This document shows positions 47,913-58,672 of a DNA stretch of 64,000 nucleotides, in pieces; within the stretch, counting starts at the first letter, position 1, and the number at the start of each line of letters is the position of its first letter. The stretch lies in NCBI GenBank assembly GCA_035567055.1, contig DATMQX010000002.1:425-64424 (forward strand), written 5' to 3'. The DNA comes from Solirubrobacteraceae bacterium (lineage in GTDB: Bacteria > Actinomycetota > Thermoleophilia > Solirubrobacterales > Solirubrobacteraceae). The notes under the pieces were generated by a model. The model did not search any database, was not told where the DNA came from, and saw only the letters and a program-made list of their open reading frames with translations. Made by a program: the position numbers and the translations under genes.

Positions 47913-48649
47913 TGGCAGACGTCCTGCTCTCGCTGGACGCGGTCAGCAAGAGCTACTGGCGTGGCCCGTCCGAGCTGCGCGTTCTCACCGACGCCTCGCT
48001 GGACGTCGCGGCCGGCGAGCTGGTTGCGGTATGGGGAAAGCGTGGCGCCGGCAAGACGACGCTGTTGCGAATCGCAGCAGGCCTGGAGGCGCCGGACCGC
48101 GGCAGCGTGCGCTTCGACGGCGCCGACCTCGCGCGGCTGTCGGAGAGCGCACACGCGCGACTGATGCGCGAGCAGGTGGGCTGGGTTCGCCGCTCGGGAC
48201 CGAGCAGCGATCTCGCGATGCTCGACTACGTGGCTCTGCCGCTGCTGATCGACCACGGCCAGCGGGGAGCGCACGGGCGGGCGAGCGAGGCGCTCCGCCG
48301 TGTGGGCATGTCCGACTGCGCCGGCCAGCGCTGGAGCAGCCTCTCCGACGGCGAGCGGGCGCTCGTGGCGATCGCGCACGGGATGGCGCGCACGCCACGC
48401 CTGTTGCTCGTTGACGATCCGACCGCGAACCTCGGGCTGCGCGAGCGCGAGGAGGTCCTTCAGCTGCTGCTGTCGCTCGTCGAGGAGGCGAATCTGGCGG
48501 TGTTGATGGCAGTGCCCGACATGCCTGCGGCGATGCGCTCGCACCAGCTCAGAGCGCTCAGCGGTGGCCGGCTGCTGACGCCGGCGGCGCCGCCGGCGCC
48601 GCGCGGCGGGAACATCCTCGACTTCCCCCGCAGCGAACGGTCCGCGTAG
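47912..48649 (+). CDS. ABC ATP-binding protein with degenerate catalytic motifs
   Basis: Walker A GKRGAGKT, signature LSDGE, Walker B 'VDDPT' (Glu to Asp), H-loop replaced by 'VPDM'. Confidence 0.85.
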   Translation: MADVLLSLDAVSKSYWRGPSELRVLTDASLDVAAGELVAVWGKRGAGKTTLLRIAAGLEAPDRGSVRFDGADLARLSESAHARLMREQVGWVRRSGPSSDLAMLDYVALPLLIDHGQRGAHGRASEALRRVGMSDCAGQRWSSLSDGERALVAIAHGMARTPRLLLVDDPTANLGLREREEVLQLLLSLVEEANLAVLMAVPDMPAAMRSHQLRALSGGRLLTPAAPPAPRGGNILDFPRSERSA

Positions 48650-48690
48650 GTGTCGGGCCGAGCGCGCTCCCGCTTCCCAGGCACCGGCGG

Positions 48691-49410
48691 GTGTGCGCCC
48701 TAGTGCTCGAGCTGCGCGGGCTGGTCAAGCATTTCGCCGTGGCCAGTGGCGAGCCCGTGCGCGCTGTTGACGGAGTGTCCCTGACCGTCGCGCGCGGCGA
48801 GCTCCTCGCCCTGCACGGACCGAGCGGTTCGGGAAAGACCACGCTGCTGATGCTGATCGCGGCGCTGCTCCCGCCGGACGCGGGGAGCGTGATCTTGGAC
48901 GGGCGCGACGTCTGCGCCTTCTCCGCAAGGGATGCCGCTCGCTACAGGCTGGTGGATCTGGGTTTCGTGCGCCAATCGCTGAACCTGATCGCAGGCGCGG
49001 ACGTCGTCGACAACGCCGCGCTGAAGCTGATGGGGACGGAGCTCGGCGCCCGCGAGGCACGTCGGCGGGTGAGGCCGTTGCTGGACCGTCTCGGGCTGGC
49101 GGACCGGGCCTCACACCGGCCCGAGCAGCTGTCGATGGGCGAGCGCCAGCGCGTGATGATCGCCAGAGCGCTGTCGACCGACCCGAAGCTGGTGCTCGCC
49201 GACGAGCCGACCGGCAGCCTCGACACCCAACGCGGCAGCGAAGTTCTCGAGCTGCTGGCGGAGGTCTGCAGGGAGCGCGAGGTCTCGGTGGTGCTGGTTA
49301 CCCACGACCCCCGGGCCGCGTCATACGCGGATCGAGTGCACGTGTTGCGTGACGGGCGACTCGTGGAGGACCAGCCCGACCGTGCGTTCGCGCCGATCGA
49401 TGCGAAGTGA
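48691..49410 (+). CDS. ABC ATP-binding protein (LolD/MacB-like)
   Basis: GPSGSGKT, LSMGERQRV, LADEPT, VTHD. Confidence 0.93.
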   Translation: MCALVLELRGLVKHFAVASGEPVRAVDGVSLTVARGELLALHGPSGSGKTTLLMLIAALLPPDAGSVILDGRDVCAFSARDAARYRLVDLGFVRQSLNLIAGADVVDNAALKLMGTELGAREARRRVRPLLDRLGLADRASHRPEQLSMGERQRVMIARALSTDPKLVLADEPTGSLDTQRGSEVLELLAEVCREREVSVVLVTHDPRAASYADRVHVLRDGRLVEDQPDRAFAPIDAK

Positions 49411-49431
49411 CCGGCGCTCGAGGGCGCCGCG

Positions 49432-51951
49432 ATGAAGCTGTCGAGCATCGTCCGCCTGTACCGCGTGCGCCTGCGCGCACGCTTCGTCCAGGAGCTCTTC
49501 GCGGTGCTCGGCATCGCGATCGGCGTGGCGCTGCTGTTCGCCTCCCAGGTGGCCAGCACGAGCCTCGATCGCTCCGCCCAGCAACTCACGCGCGGGGTGC
49601 TTGGCGACATGCGCTTCCAGATCGCGGCACGAGACGCGCACGGCTTTGACGAGCGCCTGCTCGCGCAGGTGCACGCGATACCCGGCGTGAGCATGGCGGT
49701 GCCGGTGCTCGAGGCGAACGCGAATGTCGTGGGCCCAGACGGAACGCGCTCGGTCGACCTCGTGGGCACCGATCCGCGTCTCGCCGGTCAAGGCGGTCAG
49801 CTCGTGCGGAGCTTGCGCGCCCTGCGGTTCGCCAAGCTCAAGGCCCTGATCGTCCCCGCGCCGATCGCGCAGGCGATCGGCGACTCCTCGCTGCAGCGCA
49901 TCGATCTGCAGATCGGTGAGAGCACCGTCTCCGCGCTGCTCGTCCCGCAACTGCTGAAAGGCGCAGCCGGCGGCCTCGCCGGCAGTTCGATCGCGCTCGC
50001 CCCGCTGGCTTACGCACAGGCGCTGACGGGTTTGCAAGGACGACTGACGAGCATCTTCGTCTCCTCGCCGCCCGCACTCGATCGTCAGGTGCTGGCGGGC
50101 CTGCGGAGCGCCGGGGCTGGAAGTCTGAACATCCGCCCGGCGACCTTCAACGAAGCTCTGTTCGACCGAGCGGCAAGACCGACGAACCAGTCGACCGGGC
50201 TGTTCTCCGCGATCAGCGCACTGGTGGGATTCCTGTTCGCCTTCAACGCGCTGCTGCTGACGGTGCCGCAACGGAGGGACCTGATCGAGGACCTGCGCCT
50301 GGACGGCTACACGCGGGGAATGATCGTCGAGGTGCTGATGTTCGACGCGCTCGTCCTCGGCGTCGTCGCCTGCGCCGCCGGCCTGGCCCTCGGCGAACTG
50401 CTGTCCTCGGTGCTGTTCGACTCCAATCCTGGATACCTGTCCTTCGCGTTCCCGATCGGGCCGCGGCGGATCGTCACCTGGACAAGCGTGGCGCTGGCCG
50501 TGGCTGGAGGGCTGCTGGCGGCGTTCATCGGAGTGCTCGCGCCGCTTCGGGGAGCGATCCTCTCGCGCCGGGACACGTTCTTCAGCGACCCTGCTTATAG
50601 GAGCGCCCGGCGCACGACGTGGCTGCTGGTGGGCGGGGTCTCATGCCTGCTGGCCACCACGGTCATTCTGCTGGCAGCCCCGGCGGCCGCGATCGCAGGC
50701 GTGGTGATCCTCGCGGCCGCCCTGCTGCTCCTGCTGCCGCTCGTGCTCGACGGCCTGACGCTGGCGTTCGATCGTCTTCAGGTCCGCTTTGCGGGTGCGT
50801 CGTCGTACCTCGCGGTGATCGAGCTTCGCTCGCCGGGGAACCGGGCCCGCTCGATCGGGGTGGCCGCCACGGGCGCGATCGCCGTGTTCGGCAGCGTCGC
50901 GATCCAGACCGCGCACGGCGACCTTCAGGAAGGGCTCAACCGCGTTGCCCGTGGGCTGAACGCAACCACCGACGTGTGGGTCTCTCCAGCGAGCGAGGCG
51001 AACTCGCTCGCCACGACCCCCTTTCATGGGGTCGTGGCGGCCCAGGTCGCGGCGCTCCCCGCAGTCCGCTCGATCGGCTTGTATCGGGGATCGTTCCTCG
51101 ACATCGGCGATCGCCGAACATGGGTCATCGCGCCGCCTCGACAGGTAGCCCGGCCGCTCCCACGCGGACAGCTCCTCGAAGGCAGCACGGCGCTGGCGAC
51201 GCGCAGGTTCCACGAAGGGGGATGGATCATCATCTCTCGCGCGATCGCGCAGGAACGCAACCTGCATGTCGGCGACCTCTTCACGCTGCCGGCCCCGCGG
51301 CCGACGCCGTTCCGGATCGCCGCCCTCAGCACCAACTTCGGCTGGCCATCGGGGGCGATCATGCTCAACGCGGATGACTACGCGCGCGCCTGGGGCAGCA
51401 GCGATCCCAGCGCGCTGCTGGTCGGCTTGCAGCCGGGAATCTCGCCGGCGGCCGGCCGCAGCGAGATTCGCCGTGCGCTCGGCAGCGGATCCGGGCTCGA
51501 GGTGCAGACGGCGGCCGAACGCGAGCGTGATTTCCGCGCGACCGGTCGCCAGGGACTCTCGCGTCTGACGCAGATCTCGGCGCTCGTGCTGATCGCCACG
51601 GTGCTTGCGATGTCGGCGACGATGGGGGCGATGATCTGGCAGCGCCGCCCGCGGCTTGCCGAAATGAAGGTCGACGGCTTCAGCCGCGACGTCCTGTGGC
51701 GGGCGCTGCTTTGGGAGAGCGGGCTGCTCCTGGGAGCCGGCTGCTCGCTCGGCGCGGTCTTCGGCCTGTACGGCCAGGTGATCCTGAGCCATGCTCTGGT
51801 CACCGTCACGGGGTTCCCCGTGGCCTTCTCACCGGGGATCCTCATCGCCCTGGCCAGCTTTGTGCTCGTGACCGCGACCGCGATGCTGATCGTCGCGGTG
51901 CCGGGCGCCCTCGCCACGCGCGTGCGCCCCGCGCTCAGCATTCGGGACTGA
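49432..51951 (+). CDS. FtsX/MacB-like ABC permease (duplicated)
   Basis: Two repeats of a periplasmic domain plus multi-TM FtsX domain; 839 aa. Confidence 0.9.
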   Translation: MKLSSIVRLYRVRLRARFVQELFAVLGIAIGVALLFASQVASTSLDRSAQQLTRGVLGDMRFQIAARDAHGFDERLLAQVHAIPGVSMAVPVLEANANVVGPDGTRSVDLVGTDPRLAGQGGQLVRSLRALRFAKLKALIVPAPIAQAIGDSSLQRIDLQIGESTVSALLVPQLLKGAAGGLAGSSIALAPLAYAQALTGLQGRLTSIFVSSPPALDRQVLAGLRSAGAGSLNIRPATFNEALFDRAARPTNQSTGLFSAISALVGFLFAFNALLLTVPQRRDLIEDLRLDGYTRGMIVEVLMFDALVLGVVACAAGLALGELLSSVLFDSNPGYLSFAFPIGPRRIVTWTSVALAVAGGLLAAFIGVLAPLRGAILSRRDTFFSDPAYRSARRTTWLLVGGVSCLLATTVILLAAPAAAIAGVVILAAALLLLLPLVLDGLTLAFDRLQVRFAGASSYLAVIELRSPGNRARSIGVAATGAIAVFGSVAIQTAHGDLQEGLNRVARGLNATTDVWVSPASEANSLATTPFHGVVAAQVAALPAVRSIGLYRGSFLDIGDRRTWVIAPPRQVARPLPRGQLLEGSTALATRRFHEGGWIIISRAIAQERNLHVGDLFTLPAPRPTPFRIAALSTNFGWPSGAIMLNADDYARAWGSSDPSALLVGLQPGISPAAGRSEIRRALGSGSGLEVQTAAERERDFRATGRQGLSRLTQISALVLIATVLAMSATMGAMIWQRRPRLAEMKVDGFSRDVLWRALLWESGLLLGAGCSLGAVFGLYGQVILSHALVTVTGFPVAFSPGILIALASFVLVTATAMLIVAVPGALATRVRPALSIRD

Positions 51952-52041
51952 CCGATCGTTTGTGCAGCTAGCGTTCAGGACTGTGACCGACCCGATCATT
52001 GGTCCAACGCTGAGTGTTCGGGACTGACCGACCCGATCATT
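51941..52041 (+). repeat. Three imperfect direct repeats between the permease and the terpene cyclase
   Basis: TTC(G/A)GGACTG(TG)ACCGA(CCCGA)TC(A/G)TT at about 51941, 51974 and 52018. Confidence 0.75.
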
Positions 52042-52060
52042 ACGTTCCAGGAGATTCGCC

Positions 52061-53272
52061 ATCGCTGGATTTCTGGACATAGCCCGCTCCGGCCTTAGCC
52101 AAATCCTGGCTCTGTGCGCCGTTTGCCCGCGCGAGCTGTGTTGGATCCACCCGAGCGTTCGGCGCGAGCTCGATGGCTGGCGCCGGCTCGCATGCTCGAT
52201 ACCCGACCCCGCAATCCGGGCGGACGCGCTCTCGTCGCTGCAGGACAAGCGCTTCAACGCCGAGGGAGCCGGCCTGTTCGCGGCGCTTCCCAAGAGACGC
52301 GATCGGCAGCTGCTGCGTCTGCTGGTGGCCTATCAGGTGCTGCTCGACTACCTCGACACCGTCAGCGAGCGTCCCGCGGCCGATCCGCTCGCGAACGGCC
52401 GCCAGCTTCATCTGGCGCTGAGCGACGCGCTCGACCCGCACCGGCAGACCTCCGACTACTACCGCCACCATCCGGGACGCACCGACGGCGGCTACGTTCG
52501 CGCGCTCGTGCAGACGTGCCGCGAGGCCTGCCTGTCGCTCCCCGCCTACGGGAGCGTTCGCTCGCTGGCGATACGGGCCGGAGCGGGCTTCGCCGTGCAG
52601 GGGCTGAATCACGATCCCGACCGCCTCCGCCGTGACGCCAGTCTCGAGCGCTGGGCGCAGGGCGCATTTCCACCGACCTCGGTCGTGAGCTGGTGGGAGC
52701 TCACGGCGGCGTCCAGCAGCACGCTCGGGATCCACGCCCTGTTCGCGCTCGCGGCCGAACCGTCGTGCACGCGGGCCGAGGCCGAGCGGATCGCGGCCGC
52801 CTACATGCCATGGATCTGCGCGGCGAGCACGATGCTCGACAGCTACGTCGATCAGGCCGAGGATGCCGCGACGGGCGCGCACAACTACCTCGCCCACTAT
52901 CCAAGCGCGCTGATCGCCGAGCGGCGCACACGGGAGCTCGTGCGCCGTTCGCTGGCGGAGGCGCGACGCCTGCGCAACGGCTCGCGCCACGCGCTGATCG
53001 CGGCGGGGATGGTGGCGATGTACCTGTCCGCCGAGGGCGCCCGAGCCCCGGGCAAGCGCCGCAGCACCTGGGCGTTCGTCCACGCCGGCGGCGTGCTCAC
53101 GATGCTGCTCCTGCCGGTGCTTCGGATCTGGCGGTTCGCGTACCGGTTGCGCGCGCGTGAGCCGGGATCCATCGTGGGGAACACGGCCGAGCAGCTCTCG
53201 TGCGCCGCAGGCGCCGCGCCCGATGGCGCCGATGCGCGCAGAGCGCCGCCGCGAGCTGTCGCCATGCACTAG
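52061..53272 (+). CDS. DUF2600 / tetraprenyl-beta-curcumene synthase (YtpB)-like terpene cyclase
   Basis: The frame is open well upstream of the track start (ELDGWRR..IPDP..ALSSL.DKRFNAEGA); metal motifs 'LLDYLD' and 'MLDSYVD'. An in-frame ATC at 52061 lies 7 nt after AGGAG. Confidence 0.75.
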   Translation: MAGFLDIARSGLSQILALCAVCPRELCWIHPSVRRELDGWRRLACSIPDPAIRADALSSLQDKRFNAEGAGLFAALPKRRDRQLLRLLVAYQVLLDYLDTVSERPAADPLANGRQLHLALSDALDPHRQTSDYYRHHPGRTDGGYVRALVQTCREACLSLPAYGSVRSLAIRAGAGFAVQGLNHDPDRLRRDASLERWAQGAFPPTSVVSWWELTAASSSTLGIHALFALAAEPSCTRAEAERIAAAYMPWICAASTMLDSYVDQAEDAATGAHNYLAHYPSALIAERRTRELVRRSLAEARRLRNGSRHALIAAGMVAMYLSAEGARAPGKRRSTWAFVHAGGVLTMLLLPVLRIWRFAYRLRAREPGSIVGNTAEQLSCAAGAAPDGADARRAPPRAVAMH

Positions 53273-53338
53273 TCAGAACTGAACATTCAGAACAGCCTTT
53301 TCGGGCGAGCCCGTATCCGACATGATTCGCATCGCGCG

Positions 53339-53878
53339 ATGATGGATGAGAATGGGATCCGAGTCCTGCCTCCAGGGAGAGAGACGCAGCGCCGGGCACG
53401 GCGCTCGAAAAAAGGCAGTTCGGGTGCATCCAGAGCCGCGTCTTCTCGCCAGTGGCAGCGGGCCGGGCGTCCCTCGCGGCGTTCGGCCCGCAGCAATGAG
53501 GCGAGCGGCGCCGACAACGTGACGATCGAGCTCTCGAAGGCTCAGGTCGATCAGGTCGTCCGGGCAGCCGGCCATGGGGGCACGATGTCGGTCCTTCTGT
53601 CCGCGGTGAGGGATCCGGAGTGGACGCTCTCGCTCGACTCGGAGGAGTGGTCCTATCCGGCGCAGATGGAGGACCGGCGTCTGTCCCGCTCACTGCTCTC
53701 GGGGCTGCTCGTGCTCTCGTGCTTCCCCCATGACGGCGGGTATCTCGGGATCGCCGAACTCGCGCGCATGCTGGACATGAACACGAGCACCACGCATCGC
53801 TACGTGACGACGCTGCTGGCGGTCGGCCTCTTGGAGCGCGACCCCTCGACGCGCCGCTACCGGCTCGCCTCGGCGTAG
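53339..53878 (+). CDS. IclR-type HTH protein (C-terminal HTH, no effector domain)
   Basis: 'RSLLSGLLVLSCF..GIAELARMLDMNTSTTHRYVTTL..GLLERDP.TRRYRL'. Confidence 0.8.
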   Translation: MMDENGIRVLPPGRETQRRARRSKKGSSGASRAASSRQWQRAGRPSRRSARSNEASGADNVTIELSKAQVDQVVRAAGHGGTMSVLLSAVRDPEWTLSLDSEEWSYPAQMEDRRLSRSLLSGLLVLSCFPHDGGYLGIAELARMLDMNTSTTHRYVTTLLAVGLLERDPSTRRYRLASA

Positions 53879-53897
53879 CCGTCGCCGCTGGCCAGCC

Positions 53898-54818
53898 TCA
53901 CAGCCTGCGCCGCAGGTGGGCGGCGATCCTCTGTACGGCCGGCAGGTCAAGCTCCGCTGCGAACAGGAAGGGAACGCCGACGACGTCGAACCGGCGACGA
54001 CGCAGACGCGCCAGCTGGTTGTGCTGAAAGCGCGCCCTGTCGTGAGCCGTACGGGCGGCCCGAGCGGCGGATCGCCCCATCTCGCTCCCATTCAGCCGGG
54101 CTGCCCGTTCGAGCTCGACGGTCGTGAAGCGCGACGGCAGCAGGCCGTTCAGAAGCACCTTCTCGAGCGTGCGGCCGAGGCCGCGGCGCAGGCCGTCCTC
54201 AAGCTCGAGCGTCTCGGTGACGGCCATGTCCGTGGCGAGCGCGACGGCGAGGAAGCCCGAGCGCGCGGGATCCTGCAGCAGCTCCCGCACGCGCTGTGAT
54301 TGTCCGGCGATCGGCCCGACCCGGGCGATCGCGCCGAAGGTCTGCGGCGACTGCAGCAGGCCCAGTGCGTGGCCCGTCGCCGGCGCGTCGATCACCACGA
54401 GGTCGTAGCCGCCGGTGCGCCGCTTCCAGCGCTCGCCCTGCGTCAGCTCCCAGATCTTCACCATGCTCACGAGCTCTTTGGCACCGGGCGCCGCGGCGGC
54501 GAAGTACTGGAAGGTGCCGCTCGAGGCGAGCATCCGCCCGGATACGCGCCCGCCGAGCTGCTGCAGCCACTCGAGCAGCGCCTGATCGGGGTCGATCGAG
54601 ATGCTCCACAGGCGCTCTCCGAGCAGCATCTCTACGCCCGCCTCTGCGGGTGGCAGACCGAACAGCGCGGGAAGCCGTCCCTGGTCTCCCAGCTCCACGA
54701 CGATCGTGCGCAGGCCGCGCTCGGCGGCGAGCAGGCCGAGGGCCGCGGCAAGCGTCGTCTTTCCCACGCCGCCCTTGCCCGTGACGAAGAGCAGCTCGCG
54801 TTCGAAGAACGAGGACAT
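53898..54818 (-). CDS. ArsA/GET3-like ATPase
   Basis: '[11 protein letters not shown]', '[10 protein letters not shown]'. Confidence 0.85.
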   Translation of the reverse strand: MSSFFERELLFVTGKGGVGKTTLAAALGLLAAERGLRTIVVELGDQGRLPALFGLPPAEAGVEMLLGERLWSISIDPDQALLEWLQQLGGRVSGRMLASSGTFQYFAAAAPGAKELVSMVKIWELTQGERWKRRTGGYDLVVIDAPATGHALGLLQSPQTFGAIARVGPIAGQSQRVRELLQDPARSGFLAVALATDMAVTETLELEDGLRRGLGRTLEKVLLNGLLPSRFTTVELERAARLNGSEMGRSAARAARTAHDRARFQHNQLARLRRRRFDVVGVPFLFAAELDLPAVQRIAAHLRRRL

Positions 54819-54874
54819 CGCGTCAGCAGTGTGTCTCAAACCCGCGCGCACGGCCTCGACCTACAATCGAGCGC

Positions 54875-55501
54875 ATGAGCACAGCGGCCGAGCACCCGAT
54901 CGACGGGCAGATCTCATATGACACGCAGGGTCTTGTCCCATGCGTGGTGCAGGACTGGAGCACCGGTGAGGTGCTGATGCTGGCCTACATGAACGAGGAG
55001 GCGCTGCGGCGCACCCGCGACACGGGCCAGCTGCACCTGTGGAGCCGCTCGAGGGGCGAGCAGTGGCACAAGGGCGCCACGAGCGGCAACGTGCAGTCGG
55101 TGCGCGCGCTGCGAGTGGACTGCGACGGCGACGCGCTGCTCGCACTCGTCGAGCCGGCCGGCCCCGCCTGTCACACCGGCGAGCGGACGTGCTTTCACCG
55201 GGGCCAGCTCGAGCCGGGCGCTCCCTTCCAGGCGCTGCCGGCGCTCGAGCGCACGCTGGCCGACCGCTCCCGCGAGCGACCGCAGGGCTCCTACACGGTC
55301 GAGCTGCTCGACGATCCGGCGCGGATCGGCGAGAAGGTGATGGAGGAGGCCGAGGAGGTCGTCCGTGCTGCGCGCGAGGAATCGGCGGAGCGTCTGGATG
55401 AAGAGGCCGCGGACGTCCTCTACCACCTGCTGGTGCTCCTGCGCAGCCGGGAGCGCTCGCTCGTCGACGCTGAGCGGGTGCTCGATGGCCGTCGCGCCTA
55501 G
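54875..55501 (+). CDS. hisIE: Bifunctional phosphoribosyl-AMP cyclohydrolase / phosphoribosyl-ATP diphosphatase
   Basis: '[20 protein letters not shown]' and '[20 protein letters not shown]'. Confidence 0.95.
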   Translation: MSTAAEHPIDGQISYDTQGLVPCVVQDWSTGEVLMLAYMNEEALRRTRDTGQLHLWSRSRGEQWHKGATSGNVQSVRALRVDCDGDALLALVEPAGPACHTGERTCFHRGQLEPGAPFQALPALERTLADRSRERPQGSYTVELLDDPARIGEKVMEEAEEVVRAAREESAERLDEEAADVLYHLLVLLRSRERSLVDAERVLDGRRA

Positions 55502-57008
55502 CGCACCCGGAGCCGTCCCTCCCGGCGCGGAGGGCGCTCCGCCCGGGCTTCGGATAGAGCCCGGCCTCGACGAGGCTCGCGCGCTCGCGCGGGAGCACAA
55601 CCTGATCCCGTTGCGACACAGCTTCATCGACGACTGCGAGACGCCCGTATCGGCTTTCCTGAAGCTGCGCGCCCTGGCGCCCGGCGAGCCGGCGTTCCTG
55701 CTGGAGTCCGCCGATCAGGGCCAGCGGGTAGGCCGCTGGTCGTTCATCGGCTTGCGTCCGAGCGCTGTCGTGCGCTGGTCGCTGGGAGACGGCGGCGACC
55801 CCTACGCGCTCGCCGCCGAGCGTCTCGCGCGATTCAGCCAGGCGCCGATGGACGACGCGCCGCCGTTCACCGGCGGCGCAGTCGGCTTCTTCGGCTACGA
55901 CCTCGTGCGGACGGTCGAGCCGCTCGGCCCCCCGGGTCCCGATCCGCTCGCGCTTCCCGACATGGCGCTGATGCTCTCCGACGCGCTCGTCGTGTTCGAC
56001 CACCTGAAGCACACGGTCACGATCCTCGCCAACGCCGACCTGAGCTCCGAGCCGGACATCGAGCGTGCGCATGAGGCCGCGGCGCGCACGATCGCCGAGG
56101 TTCGCTGCGTGCTCGCCGGACCGGTCCCGCGCGCGGACCCGACCCGAGCCGCGGAGCGCGCGCTGCCGGAGTTCACGTCGAACATGGAGCCGGAGCGCTT
56201 CCAGGCCATGGTTCAACGGATCGTGGAGTACATCTTCGCGGGAGACGCCTTCCAGGTCGTGCCGTCACAGCGCTGGTCGGCGCCCGTTCCCGTGGAAGCG
56301 TTCTCCATCTATCGCGGGCTGAGGGCGATCAACCCGAGCCCGTACATGTACTTCCTCGACTTCGGCGACTTCCAGGTGGCTGGCGCGAGCCCGGAGCCGC
56401 TGCTCACCGTCAGCGGACGCCACGTGAGCACGAAGCCGATCGCCGGCACGCGCCCGCGTGGCGCCACGCCGGAGGAGGACCGGCGAATCGCCGCCGAGCT
56501 GCTCGCCGACGACAAGGAGCGCGCCGAGCACGTGATGCTCGTGGACCTCGGCCGCAACGATCTCGGCCGGGTCTGCGAGTACGGCAGCGTGACGGTCGAT
56601 GAGCTGATGGAGATCGAGTCATACAGCCACGTCATGCACATCGTCTCTTCCGTCTCGGGCACGCTGCGGCCCGAGGTCGGTGCGATGGACGCGCTGCGCT
56701 CGGTGCTCCCCGCGGGGACGCTCTCGGGCGCGCCGAAGGTGCGGGCCATGCAGATCATCGACGAGCTCGAGCCGCTCAAGCGCGGCGGCTATGGGGGCGC
56801 CGTCGGCTACCTCAGCTACGGCGGCGACCTCGACACCGCGATCCACATTCGCACGGTGGTCGTCAAGGACGGCGTCGCGCACGTGCAGGCCGGCGGCGGC
56901 ACCGTCGCGGACGCCAAGCCTGAGTACGAGTACGAGGAGTCCGTCGCGAAGGCGCGAGCCGCGATGCGGGCGATCGCATTGGCGTGTGAACAGCCGGATT
57001 GGGCATGA
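55485..57008 (+). CDS. trpE: Anthranilate synthase component I
   Basis: 'LLESA', 'GDAFQVVPS', 'NPSPYM', '[16 protein letters not shown]', 'GTLSGAPK'. Confidence 0.95.
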   Translation: MAVAPSAPGAVPPGAEGAPPGLRIEPGLDEARALAREHNLIPLRHSFIDDCETPVSAFLKLRALAPGEPAFLLESADQGQRVGRWSFIGLRPSAVVRWSLGDGGDPYALAAERLARFSQAPMDDAPPFTGGAVGFFGYDLVRTVEPLGPPGPDPLALPDMALMLSDALVVFDHLKHTVTILANADLSSEPDIERAHEAAARTIAEVRCVLAGPVPRADPTRAAERALPEFTSNMEPERFQAMVQRIVEYIFAGDAFQVVPSQRWSAPVPVEAFSIYRGLRAINPSPYMYFLDFGDFQVAGASPEPLLTVSGRHVSTKPIAGTRPRGATPEEDRRIAAELLADDKERAEHVMLVDLGRNDLGRVCEYGSVTVDELMEIESYSHVMHIVSSVSGTLRPEVGAMDALRSVLPAGTLSGAPKVRAMQIIDELEPLKRGGYGGAVGYLSYGGDLDTAIHIRTVVVKDGVAHVQAGGGTVADAKPEYEYEESVAKARAAMRAIALACEQPDWA

Positions 57009-57616
57009 GGGTCCTCGTCGTTGACAACTACGACTCGTTCGCCTACAACCTCGTCCAGTACCTGGGGGAGCTTGGCGCCGAGGTGCAGACCGTGCGCAAT
57101 GACAGGGCGACGGTCGCGGAGCTGCTCGCCGCGGGATACGACCGCTGTGTCGTGTCACCGGGACCCTGCACGCCAGAGAAGGCCGGCATCACCCTCGAGG
57201 TTGTGCGGCGGATGCCCGAGGCCGGGATCCCCACCCTGGGGGTGTGCCTGGGCCACCAGGCGCTGGCGCAGGCGTTCGGCGGCAAGGTGCGGCTGAACCC
57301 GCCGGTGCACGGGAAGGCGACGACGATCGAGCACGACGGGCGCACGATCTTCCACGGTCTCTCCTCGCCGCTGACGGTGGGGCGCTATCACTCGCTCGTC
57401 GTCGACCCCGATCTGCCCGACTGCCTGGAAGCGTCCGCCAGCGGGGGAGGCGTGCTGATGGGAATCCGCCACCGCGAGCTGCCGGCCGAGGGGGTCCAGT
57501 TCCATCCCGAGTCGGTGCTCACCGACGAGGGGATGGGGTTGCTGAGCAACTTCCTGAAGCGAGCCGTCGGCGGGCGCGATGACGCCGCGGCGACGTTCGC
57601 TCAGGAGGCCGGCTAG
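57005..57616 (+). CDS. trpG: Anthranilate synthase component II (glutamine amidotransferase)
   Basis: 'VDNYDSF', 'SPGP', 'GVCLGHQ', 'QFHPES'. Confidence 0.95.
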   Translation: MRVLVVDNYDSFAYNLVQYLGELGAEVQTVRNDRATVAELLAAGYDRCVVSPGPCTPEKAGITLEVVRRMPEAGIPTLGVCLGHQALAQAFGGKVRLNPPVHGKATTIEHDGRTIFHGLSSPLTVGRYHSLVVDPDLPDCLEASASGGGVLMGIRHRELPAEGVQFHPESVLTDEGMGLLSNFLKRAVGGRDDAAATFAQEAG

Positions 57617-58672
57617 ATGCCCAACGCGGTCCTCACCGCGGCGATCGACGCGCTCGCTTCGGGCAGGGACCTGAGCGCCGATCAGACGGCCGAGGTGCTC
57701 GCCGAGATCATGCACGGCGAGGTGTCAGAGACCCAGATCGCGGGGTTCCTGATCGCGCTGCGAACGAAGGGCGAGACCGTGCAGGAGCTCGCCGGGCTCG
57801 CGCGCACGATGCGCGAGCTGGCCGCGCACGTGCCGATCGAGCGGGACGACCTGCTCGACACCTCCGGGACGGGCGGCGGACGCAGCACGTTCAACGTCTC
57901 GACGACGGCCGCGCTGATCGCCGCCGGAGCGGGCTGCGCGGTGGCCAAGCATGGCAATCGCTCGGCCACGAGCCGCTCCGGATCGGCCGATCTGCTCGAG
58001 GCGCTCGGAGCCTGCATCGACCTGGGCCCGGACGGGGTGGCACGCTGCATCACGGAGGCGGGTTTCGGCTTCATGTTCGCTCCCGCGCATCACCAGGCCA
58101 CGCGCTTCGTGGTTCCCGTCCGCCGCGAGCTCGCTGTGCGCACGATCTTCAACCTCCTGGGCCCGCTCACGAACCCGGCGGGCGCGCGGCGCCAGCTGAT
58201 CGGCGTCTCTGACGCGCGCTTCCTGCAGACGATCGCGGGGGCGCTGGCGAGTCTGGGAGTGGACAGGGCGCTGATCGTGGCGAGCGAGGACGGGCTCGAC
58301 GAGATCTCGGCGTCGGCGCCGACGAAAGTCGTCGAGGTGAACGGGGAGGAGATCCGCTCCTACACCCTCGAACCGCGCGAGGCGGGCATCGAGCCGGCGT
58401 CGGAGGCCGACGCCGAGCGGGCCGCACGGGGAGGAACGCCGCAGGAGAACGCGGCCGTGACCCGCGCGATCCTCGACGGGGGGACGGGTCCGAACACCGA
58501 TCTGGCGGTCATCAACGCGGGCGCGGCGATCTACGCCGCCGGGCGGGCCGAGACGATCGCCGCAGGGGTGCGGATGGCGCGCTCGGCGCTCGAGGACGGC
58601 AGTGCCGCCGCTGCGCTCGAGCGCTACCTCGAGGTCAGCCACGGGCAGGAGCCGGCGGAGGTCCCCGGATGA
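57617..58672 (+). CDS. trpD: Anthranilate phosphoribosyltransferase
   Basis: 'GTGG..TFNVST', 'AKHGNRS..SGSAD', 'RTIFNLLGPLTNP'. Confidence 0.96.
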   Translation: MPNAVLTAAIDALASGRDLSADQTAEVLAEIMHGEVSETQIAGFLIALRTKGETVQELAGLARTMRELAAHVPIERDDLLDTSGTGGGRSTFNVSTTAALIAAGAGCAVAKHGNRSATSRSGSADLLEALGACIDLGPDGVARCITEAGFGFMFAPAHHQATRFVVPVRRELAVRTIFNLLGPLTNPAGARRQLIGVSDARFLQTIAGALASLGVDRALIVASEDGLDEISASAPTKVVEVNGEEIRSYTLEPREAGIEPASEADAERAARGGTPQENAAVTRAILDGGTGPNTDLAVINAGAAIYAAGRAETIAAGVRMARSALEDGSAAAALERYLEVSHGQEPAEVPG

